A DNA stretch of 63,192 bases. Source: a virus. Its lineage: Duplodnaviria; Caudoviricetes. Below are positions 15,894 through 25,300 of the stretch, piece after piece (the stretch's first letter is position 1; each line of letters begins with the position of its first letter). The notes below the pieces were generated by a model. That model searched no databases. It saw only the letters and a program-made list of their open reading frames with translations, and was not told the origin of the DNA. The stretch covers positions 1-63,192 of IMG/VR virus record IMGVR_UViG_3300031566_000027, one strand, 5' to 3'. The translations under genes were made by a program, and so were the position numbers.

Positions 15894-16077
15894 ATGTAAA
15901 TGCGGGGCGGATATAGCGTTTATTGAAATGGCGAGCGGGAAAAAAATGCCAATAGACGCCCAATGGGAAAACATGGTCTGGATCAACCAGGGAGGCGCCG
16001 GCCAAATGGTTAAGGTTTACCGGCCGCATTGGGGCACCTGCCCCCTGGCCAAACAATTTAAAAAGAAAGGGGATTGA
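15880..16077 (+). CDS. Small Cys/His conserved phage protein
   Basis: CKCGADI.F.....GKKMPID...HWGTCP. Confidence 0.7.
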   Translation: MNINKCKCGADIAFIEMASGKKMPIDAQWENMVWINQGGAGQMVKVYRPHWGTCPLAKQFKKKGD

Positions 16078-16080
16078 TCA

Positions 16081-17157
16081 ATGGATGCAAAAGAAAAGTT
16101 TTTGTTGGCGATGGAAAAGGCAAAGCAGGATGGATGGAATATCATAACGCCGGCGATCACCACCGAGGGCCTAACACCCCTCCACTCGGTTACGGTTGAA
16201 CATATCGAGCTCTCGCCTAATCCTAAAGACGGTGACGTATATTCACACGATAAAGATAAAATGATCATCAACAAACATGGCCTGCAAAAGCTATCAAACC
16301 TGGCCGGCATTGAAATGATAGATACGATGCGGACCGATAACGGGTCTGATCGCCAGTATATCAGCTTTAAGGCCGGAGGGTTTATCCGCAAGGCCGATGC
16401 CTCCGTGGTTATGTGTGTGAAAACATACGCGATGGATTTTGAAGTCATTGAGGAAAAGGTTTTAGAGTTGTACCAGGAAAAAATGAAAAAGTGGTGCAAG
16501 GATAAGGCAAAAACCGCCTGGCCCAATAATTTAACCGAAAATCAGAGGCAGGAATATATCAACTTTAACGCCCGGAAAGAGGTACGGCGCCGCCGCGAAT
16601 ATAAGGTCCAACTTTGTGAATCAGGGGCCCAGGCCCGGGTTATGCGCGATCTTTTAGGCCTTAAAGCATTTTATTCGCCGGCGGAGTTGCAAAAACCCTT
16701 TGTGGTGGTCCGCATAACGCTTAAACCAGACTATGAGGATCCGGCCATTAAGATGATGCTCACCCAGGCGGCGATAAGCGCCTCTGGCCAGGTGTTCGGT
16801 CATGCTCCGGGGTATCCGCCGGCGCTTGCCGCGCCTGCCGCGCCTGCCGCTCAAATAACACATGAGGATCCGGATATACCCGAGCCCGCCGCCATGCCTA
16901 ACGGAGGGCCTATCGAGGATGCCGATTACGAGGAGGCAGCTGCCGCCGCCGGCCCGCCGGATCCGGCCGAGGTCGCCCGCGCCGACTTTGAGGGCGCCGA
17001 TGATAAAAACAAGATCAAAATGATCGAAAAGCTCATGGTTCTGAAAGGATATGACAAAAAACAGTTGAAAAAACCCCTGGGCCAATTTTCAGATGTTCAC
17101 CTTTTAACTTTTTATGATGCGTTATCCGCGATGCCGGATGATGATATCCCATATTAG
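16081..17157 (+). CDS. Putative single-strand annealing/recombination protein
   Basis: Upstream of sbcDC; INKHGLQKL...CESGAQARVMR.LLGLK..Y...EL.KPF; Pro/Ala linker; SSB-like acidic tail DDDIPY. Confidence 0.55.
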   Translation: MDAKEKFLLAMEKAKQDGWNIITPAITTEGLTPLHSVTVEHIELSPNPKDGDVYSHDKDKMIINKHGLQKLSNLAGIEMIDTMRTDNGSDRQYISFKAGGFIRKADASVVMCVKTYAMDFEVIEEKVLELYQEKMKKWCKDKAKTAWPNNLTENQRQEYINFNARKEVRRRREYKVQLCESGAQARVMRDLLGLKAFYSPAELQKPFVVVRITLKPDYEDPAIKMMLTQAAISASGQVFGHAPGYPPALAAPAAPAAQITHEDPDIPEPAAMPNGGPIEDADYEEAAAAAGPPDPAEVARADFEGADDKNKIKMIEKLMVLKGYDKKQLKKPLGQFSDVHLLTFYDALSAMPDDDIPY

Positions 17158-17170
17158 GAGGAGGATCCTG

Positions 17171-17401
17171 ATGCCGACAGTACCACTGCATGATAATCCG
17201 TCAATGCCAAATGATTTTAGCCCGGATCGCATTAAGCGGATCCGGAAACTCTATGGGGAAAACACTGCCGAATTTTCAAAACGGTTTAACGTAAGTGCTA
17301 AAACGGTCGAGGCCTGGGAACAGGGGCGCCGGAGCGTAAAGGGCCCGGCGTGCCTGATTTACGATTACCTGGCCTGGACCGCAAAAGGGGAGGAACTATG
17401 A
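17171..17401 (+). CDS. XRE-family HTH protein (HigA/MqsA-like)
   Basis: IKRIRK......EFSKRFNVSAKTVEAWEQGRR...GPA; AGGAGGAGG RBS. Confidence 0.85.
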   Translation: MPTVPLHDNPSMPNDFSPDRIKRIRKLYGENTAEFSKRFNVSAKTVEAWEQGRRSVKGPACLIYDYLAWTAKGEEL

Positions 17402-18603
17402 AAATATTGCATACAGCTGATTGGCATATCGATGCCAACATTATCGAGGCGGGCCGATGCCTAAAGTTTATGACGGATAAGGCGCCCACGATTCAACCGG
17501 ATCTTGTTTGTGTGACAGGGGATATGTTTAATTCCTCCGATGTTCGCCTGGATTCAGATGCCGCACGCCTGGCCATGATCACGGTACAACGCCTGGCCGA
17601 GGCCGCCCGGTTTGGAGTCCTGATCCTGATCGGAACGCCATCCCATGACGGCCTGGCCGCTAAAATATTTGATGGCCTCCATAAGGTGACGGTGTTCCAC
17701 CATCCAACCTCGATGATAATCGATACCACGGATTATGGCGGATTCCTTAAATACGGATTCAGGAAATTGATGGTTTCCTGCCTGCCGCAACCTACAAAGC
17801 AATATCTTGAAACGGTGGCCACCGGCAATATCGAGGACGTTAATCTAAAGATGGCGGAGGCCTTGACTTCCATCTGTGCCGGGTTCGGGGCCGCCAGTGT
17901 TGAAGTGGACGGCCCTCATATCTGCCTCGGGCATTTTTCGGTGCGGGGTTGCAAGATCTCGCCCACGCAACAAATGATCGGTTATGATATCCAAATGTCA
18001 GCTGATCAACTCCAACTTGCGAAACCTACCATCTGGTGCCTGGGGCATATCCACCACGCCCAGGAAGTCGCGCCAAATGTGTTTTATTCCGGATCCATCT
18101 ACCGGGTTGACTTTGGAGAGCGGGAATCCGAAAAGGGCTTTTTCGCGCATACGGTCGAGGGCTCCGCCATCAGCTTTTCGCGGAACGTGGTAGAATCTGA
18201 GTTTATCACCACGCCGGCGGCCACCATGAATAAGGTCAAGTTTGATATGGGCAAGGATTACGATATCAGCGATGATGAGATCACCGACAAGATGCAAATC
18301 GAGATCAAGCTCTATGCCGATGAGGCGGCCGGCGTTGATATGGATGCGATAAAAGAGGACTTAATCGCCCGGGGCGCCAAAGAGGTCGATATCATCCTGC
18401 AAAGGCTCCCGAGGCCAAACGTCCGGAGTGCGAAAGTTTTGGCCGTTGAGAGGTTGCGCGATAAATTAATCGCCCGGGCGGAGATCACCGATGAGGAAGT
18501 CGCGCCGGGGATCCTGGAAAAGGCCGATTGGATTGAATCGATGAAATACGAGGCGGTCATGGCCATAATCGAAAAACAGTTCGCAAAGGGGGAATCTGAA
18601 TAA
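17398..18603 (+). CDS. sbcD: SbcD/Mre11-like metallophosphoesterase nuclease
   Basis: MKILHTADWH, VTGDMF, GTPSHD, LGHF, LGHIH..Q, YSGS...DFGE. Confidence 0.92.
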   Translation: MKILHTADWHIDANIIEAGRCLKFMTDKAPTIQPDLVCVTGDMFNSSDVRLDSDAARLAMITVQRLAEAARFGVLILIGTPSHDGLAAKIFDGLHKVTVFHHPTSMIIDTTDYGGFLKYGFRKLMVSCLPQPTKQYLETVATGNIEDVNLKMAEALTSICAGFGAASVEVDGPHICLGHFSVRGCKISPTQQMIGYDIQMSADQLQLAKPTIWCLGHIHHAQEVAPNVFYSGSIYRVDFGERESEKGFFAHTVEGSAISFSRNVVESEFITTPAATMNKVKFDMGKDYDISDDEITDKMQIEIKLYADEAAGVDMDAIKEDLIARGAKEVDIILQRLPRPNVRSAKVLAVERLRDKLIARAEITDEEVAPGILEKADWIESMKYEAVMAIIEKQFAKGESE

Positions 18604-21071
18604 TGAAACTAATCGATTTAAAACTAAAGGGATTTATAGGCCTGAAAAAGGGCATGGGCCTCGAGGAAATCAATCTGCCCCTCGGGAATCTATCCGGCCT
18701 GGTGGCGCTCGATGGACCGAACGGCCGCGGAAAAACCACGATTCTTGAAAACCTGCAACCGTTCCGCCAATTCGCAAGCCGAAAAGGAGGATTGAAAAAA
18801 CACTGCTTTGCAAAGGATAGCCAGAAAGAATTAACTTTCGAGTATCAGGGGGATATCATCCGGACCTTGATAAAAATGGACGCACACACTACCCGGAGCG
18901 ATGAGGGCTTTATCTGGATTAACGATCAACCGATGGTGGATGGCAAAGTTTCCAGTTATGACGCGGCGATTCAAGAAATATTTGGATCCCCTAACCTGTT
19001 TTTCTGGTCGATCTTTTGCGCACAAAATAGCAAGCGCCTGATTGACCTGAATACCGGGAAACTTAAAGAGTTATTCACCGAGTTTTTACGCCTCGAACGG
19101 TATCAGATATTCGAGGATACCACAAAAATGGCCCTGGGGTTGCTGCAAGGGATCGGGTCCGCGGCCGAGAATAGCCTCAACCGCGCCGAAAACGATCTGC
19201 TTTTGTATCAAGGGTTCCGTTTCGATGAGGCTATCGATAATTATGTTACTCAAAAAACCGAAAACGAGGCCTCTTTAAAAGATATCGACCATCAGATCGA
19301 AACCCTGCAAAAAGGCCTCGAGGATGCAAAAACCGAGCTCGCGCTAAATGAGGAAAAATCGAAACAACTAAAGGTTGTCACCCTGGACTTAGGCAAGGCC
19401 CGGGATGGGTTAAAGGCGCTCGAACAGGAAAGGGCGGCCAAACATACCGCAATCGGTGAAAAGATGGCCCGTACACAAATGGATCTAAACCGGATCAAGG
19501 AAAGGTTACTTGACTCCGAGCGGATTCGCGCAGCTGCCGACCGGTGCATCACCCTGGATAATCGGATCAGAACCCTGGCCGGCGAGCTCGATATCGCTTA
19601 TACGGCCCGGGAGGCCATTCAAAGCGATCGCGGCGCCCTGAATGAATCCCTTGCGGCCACCATAAGGCTTATTGATGATAACCAGAACAGCCAAATCATT
19701 AAGCAGGCCGAGGCCAAAGCAAACGAATTGGCAACCAGGTATAAGGGGGTTGAGGAAAATTCGATTGATAAGGATCCGGATTTTATCAAAATGAACGCAA
19801 ACCATGCCGCCCTGATTAAGCAATCCGGTGCCCTGGATCAAAAGGATGCGGACTGTATTAGCGAAAAGTGCGGCCTGATTGTCGATGCCATTCAGGCCAA
19901 AAAGGACGCCGCCGAGCTATTAGATAAGATCGCTCAATATACAACCAGGTGGGAAAACGGCAAGCAAGAATCTCTCGATGAGATCCGCAAGGTCCGCCGC
20001 GAGGCCGAGGACCACCTTAACGCGCTTATAAAAAAGGCCGAGGAAAAGATACAAGAATGTGCGCTTTCCGCGAATGATATTAAGGCCAAAATCAAGTTGG
20101 TAAACGAGGATCTCGATGGAATCAATAAGTCTATCGGCGTAAAACTGGCCCAAAAGAAAACCCTCGAGGCCGAATTTAACGAACTGTCCGCGGATGCAAA
20201 ACAGTTAAACGATCTTGATATGGCCGCCATACGGGTCGCCAACCATGAAAAAGCGATCGATGATTTAAAGCTCGAGCTCGCGGAGATAGCTAAAGAATAT
20301 ACCGCTAAAGAGTCCGCTCACCAAAAATTGATCGAAACCCTTAACGATCGCGTGGGAGAGATCAAGATCAACCATGGCGCCGCCCAGGAATACGCCATAA
20401 TGGAAACCGGCCTAAAGGGCGCCCGGGAGTCGCGGGCCAGGTACGTTGAGCATATCAAACAGGCGGAAAACAAAATAGCCGATCTTGCTAAATCTAAAGA
20501 AAAAATGGCCGATCTTAAAAAGGTCCGTAACGAAACCCTTAAACGGAAAATGCAGATATCGGCCGAGGTTTCAGAATGGACCTATCTAAAAACGGCGTGC
20601 GGTAAAAAAGGCTTGCAGGCGCTTGAAATTGATGCCGTATCGCCCACGATCGAGGCCTATGCCAACGATCTTTTAATCTCAACCTTTGGCCCTGGCAATA
20701 CGATCCGGTTTGAAACCCAGGACGCCGATGGCAAAGAGGTTCTAAATATCGTTGTTATGGATCCGGACGGTTCCGAAACGCTACTGGAAAACAAATCCGG
20801 AGGCGAGGCGGTATGGATCCTAAAGGCCTTACGCCTGGCCCTCACCCTGTTATCAAAGGAAAAGGGCGGTCGAAACTTCAAAACGGTGCTCATGGATGAG
20901 GAGGACGGCGCTTTATCGCCGGCAAACGCCGTTAAATTCATCGGATTATATCGATCCATGATGGATATCGGCGGTTTTGATACCTGTTTTTACATTTCTC
21001 ACAAGCAAGAGGCCGTTGGTTTATCCAATCACCGGTTAATCTTTGGTGAAAACGGCATCCAAGTTGATTAG
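18603..21071 (+). CDS. sbcC: SbcC/Rad50-like SMC ATPase
   Basis: Walker A GPNGRGKT, Q-loop FCAQ, long coiled coil with central C-x4-C, signature KSGGE, Walker B LMDEEDGAL, ISH. Confidence 0.93.
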   Translation: MKLIDLKLKGFIGLKKGMGLEEINLPLGNLSGLVALDGPNGRGKTTILENLQPFRQFASRKGGLKKHCFAKDSQKELTFEYQGDIIRTLIKMDAHTTRSDEGFIWINDQPMVDGKVSSYDAAIQEIFGSPNLFFWSIFCAQNSKRLIDLNTGKLKELFTEFLRLERYQIFEDTTKMALGLLQGIGSAAENSLNRAENDLLLYQGFRFDEAIDNYVTQKTENEASLKDIDHQIETLQKGLEDAKTELALNEEKSKQLKVVTLDLGKARDGLKALEQERAAKHTAIGEKMARTQMDLNRIKERLLDSERIRAAADRCITLDNRIRTLAGELDIAYTAREAIQSDRGALNESLAATIRLIDDNQNSQIIKQAEAKANELATRYKGVEENSIDKDPDFIKMNANHAALIKQSGALDQKDADCISEKCGLIVDAIQAKKDAAELLDKIAQYTTRWENGKQESLDEIRKVRREAEDHLNALIKKAEEKIQECALSANDIKAKIKLVNEDLDGINKSIGVKLAQKKTLEAEFNELSADAKQLNDLDMAAIRVANHEKAIDDLKLELAEIAKEYTAKESAHQKLIETLNDRVGEIKINHGAAQEYAIMETGLKGARESRARYVEHIKQAENKIADLAKSKEKMADLKKVRNETLKRKMQISAEVSEWTYLKTACGKKGLQALEIDAVSPTIEAYANDLLISTFGPGNTIRFETQDADGKEVLNIVVMDPDGSETLLENKSGGEAVWILKALRLALTLLSKEKGGRNFKTVLMDEEDGALSPANAVKFIGLYRSMMDIGGFDTCFYISHKQEAVGLSNHRLIFGENGIQVD

Positions 21072-21081
21072 GATAATTTGC

Positions 21082-21109
21082 TAAAGTTCTAAAAGACAAA
21101 TGCCGATAA
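21082..21109 (+). promoter_or_regulatory. Sigma-28 (FliA/SigD)-type promoter 2
   Basis: TAAA-N16-GCCGATAA (TAAAGTTCTAAAAGACAAATGCCGATAA) in the gap after sbcC, 22 nt before ATG 21132. Confidence 0.65.
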
Positions 21110-21131
21110 CAGAAATTAAGTAGGGGTGCCC

Positions 21132-21362
21132 ATGAAATTCGATTATCTTATAAGGCTATTTGGCCAAATTTGTGAGGAAAAGATATCGGGGCCCTGGGGC
21201 CCAGGCATACGGCGTTCGTATCGCCTGGGCCCTCTCAGGGCCGTTTCTGATGAAATTTTTCTATACCATGGTGGCCTGTTACACATGAAACATTCAAAGT
21301 GCATAGGAGTGACGCCGGGATGGATTATTCAAAAAAACGATCAGAATATGCCGAACAGGTAG
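21132..21362 (+). CDS. Hypothetical protein
   Basis: TAGGGG RBS directly after promoter 2. Confidence 0.5.
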   Translation: MKFDYLIRLFGQICEEKISGPWGPGIRRSYRLGPLRAVSDEIFLYHGGLLHMKHSKCIGVTPGWIIQKNDQNMPNR

Positions 21363-21760
21363 CGGTTTTCTTGTGGGCGGCCATGTACGAATCAATGTAT
21401 CCGGATCTTTGGTTAATGTCCGGATCGATTATGGGCGGCACAAAAATACCGTTTAAGATCCTGGCAAAGTGGAAAAAATCAGGCATGAAAAAGGGCAAAC
21501 CGGACATTCAGCTGCCGGTGGCCAGGGGCGGATATATCGGCCTGTGGATTGAATTAAAAACGGCCGGTGGTAAAGATCCATCCTCCGAACAGGTTGAATA
21601 TTTAAAGCGATTGGCAAGGGCAGGGCACTATTGCGTGTGTTGCAAGGGGTCCGATGCGGCGATCCAAGTGATTAAGCGGTACGTTAATGGTAAGATAATC
21701 AAGGGAGGTTCGCAAAATGTTTTATTTGATGAAAGACAAAACGGGGTTTACGCTTATTGA
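21320..21760 (+). CDS. VRR-NUC domain nuclease
   Basis: EYAEQ...GMKKGKPDI.LP..RGGY.GLWIELK......S.EQ...L..L...G. Confidence 0.88.
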   Translation: MDYSKKRSEYAEQVAVFLWAAMYESMYPDLWLMSGSIMGGTKIPFKILAKWKKSGMKKGKPDIQLPVARGGYIGLWIELKTAGGKDPSSEQVEYLKRLARAGHYCVCCKGSDAAIQVIKRYVNGKIIKGGSQNVLFDERQNGVYAY

Positions 21761-22091
21761 GATCATGGCCGTTCTGGTCATTTTGGGCGTAATTTTTCCG
21801 GTAACGATCAAAAAGTTTAATAATTTTGCAGATAATGCTATCATTATGCAGTTTGATCGAATTGAACGCGAGCTCAACGTGCGGGAAATGGTTACATTTG
21901 CCGATCACCGGATTTCCGGGCGATACACCGATGATGCCGCCCTGTATGCCGCGATCGATTACAACCTGGGCGATGCCAAGTGGATAGCGGGCCCGGCGCC
22001 GGATGGCGGCCAAGTCGGGATCAAGGGGATAACCCGGGCGCTTAAAAGGGTTCAGAGCTCGCCAAAAAAACCGGCCGCGTGGGTAAAGTGA
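21717..22091 (+). CDS. Type IV prepilin / pseudopilin-like protein
   Basis: GGAGG RBS; MFYLMKDKTG|FTLIEIMAVLVILGVIFPV class III signal with E5 and G14. Confidence 0.85.
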   Translation: MFYLMKDKTGFTLIEIMAVLVILGVIFPVTIKKFNNFADNAIIMQFDRIERELNVREMVTFADHRISGRYTDDAALYAAIDYNLGDAKWIAGPAPDGGQVGIKGITRALKRVQSSPKKPAAWVK

Positions 22092-22300
22092 TGGATGAGG
22101 ACAGGCCCGTTTTTGGGTATCTCGAAAAACAAAAGGTGTTCGTTGCCGATCCTCACGATCTGGCCAGGGCCATCCGGTATGGTGATAAGTTTCACTCTGC
22201 CGATGGCCTGGCCTATTATTTCTGGAAAGGTATCACCTATGTAACGCCGGCGGATCAACCGCCTATGCTGCGTTATATCAAGGGCGGGCGGCCCGCTTAA
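22091..22300 (+). CDS. Hypothetical protein
   Basis: TGATG coupling; its stop overlaps the stop of the convergent giant gene (TTAA 22297-22300). Confidence 0.6.
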   Translation: MDEDRPVFGYLEKQKVFVADPHDLARAIRYGDKFHSADGLAYYFWKGITYVTPADQPPMLRYIKGGRPA

Positions 22301-25300
22301 TCCTCGAGGCGGTCCGCCATCCTTTGCTGTCGAACCCTTTTCATCGCCGCCCTGCTAACCTGGGGGCTCTGCCGCTGATAAACCTCTCGATACCACTTGA
22401 TAGCCCGTTCCAATTTTTCCGCCTCTTTTGCCGTTAGGCTTTTCCGGAATTTATGCCGTTGCATTTTTTTAACGCCGGATAGAGGATGGGCCATTGTAAT
22501 TGACCTTTTAAGGCCGGTGGTGGTGCCACCGTATTTATAGTAATAATCATACAAATATCTTTCAGCTGCCTTAAAATCGCCGTATTTCAACGCCTGTTTG
22601 TAATAATATAGGGCGTTGCCTTTGTTTGTCGGCTTGCCGCCGCCACTTTCCTCGCCAATCTTTTCTTTATAATCGATCACCATTTTCCGGGCGTCATAAT
22701 AGGCCTGTTCGCCGGGATCCGAATTATAAAGGACCAGACTTTGCAGATCGGCCATGAAATGCTCGGCCATGTTTTTACCGCGCCCAGGCCTGCCGATCAG
22801 GCGCTTGTAAATCTTATCAAGGCTGAACGTCCGGAGTATGTGCTCTGTGGTATCCCGTATGGGCCTCGGGCTAAACGGATCCGGAAAGGTCGTTTGCCCG
22901 GTTAAGGTTTCAAAAAGCATTTTTGGCTCGGGCCGGAGGGCGTGGATCCCCCGGGTCACAAACGCGATCCCGGCCTCTTTCATCATATCGAGAGGCGTCT
23001 TTTTGCCTTTGGCCAGATCCTTGATATCGTCCGGGAAGTCCTCGAGGCCGAAAAAGGATAGGGTATCTGATAACGCGCCCTGGAACCGAACGGACCGGAT
23101 CGTGCCGTCTGATCGCCGGCCTAAAATCAAATGCAGCTGCCGGCGCCCGGCCTCGCCAAACTCCTTTTCCTCGTCCGGGAATAAGAGCATATTCCATAAT
23201 TGGACCAGGGTATAAAGCATTGTGGCCTTGATTCCAAAACCGACCGCCTTTGTTACCGCCTTTTTAGATGCGATCGCAAGCGGCCGGGATCCGACCTCGC
23301 GGCCCTCATAGCGGACATTTCGCAACATATAGGCATACCGGGGGCTGTTAATCTCAATCCAAGACCAGAATGGCATCATGCGCTTGCGCAAGTATTGGCC
23401 GGATTGAGAGATATTCCCATAATCACCCACCAGTTCCCGGGCCAATTTCGCCGCCCGCTCGGTATCGTCTTTGATGGCGTCTATTTCAACCGGCTTGCTC
23501 GCGCCATAAACGGTTTTGCCGGCCGCTATTTCTTTTTGGAAGTGCCTAAAAGATGCCAATCGCAAGAGGTTCTCGCGCAAGGTTGTCAAATTTTTCGACT
23601 TTTCCCACCACCTAACGGCCAGATTGGGCTTTTCGCCCATGATAATGCCGCGCACAAATTTATCGAGGCCCATTTGTTTGGTGATATCCTCAACCTCTTG
23701 CACGCTCCATCCGGATCCTATCACGCCCAACTTACGCGCCTGATCGAGCTCCGCTTTTAGTTTGCCGGTTGCCTTGCCCTTGTCAAAGGCCCTGAGATCC
23801 CTAAGAGATTGTTTCATCCCCTTTAGAATTTTCGGGTTATAGGCCAGGACGATATCCAAGTCACCGCTCATATTGTTTAAATTGTATTTGAGCACGCGCA
23901 TTGGGTTGATTAGAATATACTGTTTCCAGGCCCGTAACGCCGCCTCTGATATCTGCCCCAGGGCCTTATCCGTTGGCGGAGGCCTGAAATTGTCTAAGGT
24001 TTCAGCCAGGCCGGTCGGCAACACCCAAACTAATTCCTGTCCTTTGGCCAACGCCTGTTTGACGTTTTCCTCTTTGAGCTCCGCCTCGCCGGCAACCACC
24101 GCCCTCAACATACCATCGGTGATCGTATTAACCCAAAACCCGCCTTTACCTGGTTCCGGTTTCCATTGTGTGTAGCCCTCGGGAACTAATTGCTGCCACG
24201 TTAAAAAGTTTTTGCCCAGGTCGGTCCGGATCTGGTTTTTGCGGGCATGAATGTTTTTAAAGATAGTGGCCGCCCAATTCGATCCGGGCTTGCCGGTTCT
24301 AACCAGGTAGGCCAGAAAATCAAACCATTTGCCGTCCGAGATCTCGCCCGGCGGATCGTAATTCTCCGGATCCTTTTTATTCTCGAAACTTTGGGCCAGG
24401 GATTGCACAACATCATCAAACCCGGAATCTATTGCCTCGAGCTCGCCTTTTGACGCCATCCGTTCGAGGGCCCCGCGGGCCATGCCGATCTTTTTACGAT
24501 ACGGGGTTAGGGGGTCTAACTCCTCATCGTTCATAACATCCTGGGCGGTCAAAGGAGTTTTAAGGGTTTTAGAAAGGCGTTCGGCTGCCTCCTGGTAAAA
24601 CCGTTCAAGATTCTTTTCAGTTGCCTCCTGGTGCAATTCCGGCTTGATATCAGCCATCTTCCGGAGGCGTTCTAAAACCCGGGCGGTTTCAAGTTGGGCT
24701 AATTGCTGCGATAGCGCGACAAATTCAGCCTCGATATATTCAGTATTATAATCAAGCAGGGATCCCTTGCGGGCAACCATCCATGGGCGCCAGTGTTTGC
24801 GAACGTCCGGGGATCCGGTTGCTACGTTGCCCTTTTTCTTATCTTTGGTTCCCCAATACTGTAAAACCTGGTGGTGGTAATAATCATCGTAATTTTTGAC
24901 CTCTTTTTTAAGGATCTTGTGCGCGACCAGGCCATCAACCATTTTAGAGATATATTTTTTCCGGGCGGCCAGTGCATCGCGGATCTCAGTATGCTCCGCC
25001 GCCAGGGCTTGAAACTTGCTATAAGCGGTTTCAACGTCCGCCACGGATTCAAAACCAAAAGGCAGGGTTTGCCCCTTAGTCAATAGGGCATCATTTAAAA
25101 GGCCTGATTGGATATCTCGCACCATATCGGCCAAAATGATATTGGTGGCGTAAATATCATAGGCATCAGATCCCAAATTCTCGATAAACCCGCGCATAAC
25201 ATCGGCGGTTTGCTGCTTGACAACCTCGGGTATCTCTTGATGGATGCGCAAGATATCGGCAAACTGCGCCCTGAGTTTGGGATCCTCGACCTGGTTTAGC

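Noticed and set aside
17171-17401. Toxin-antitoxin module
   Set aside because: The HTH looks antitoxin-like, but neither neighbour resembles a RelE/HigB toxin.
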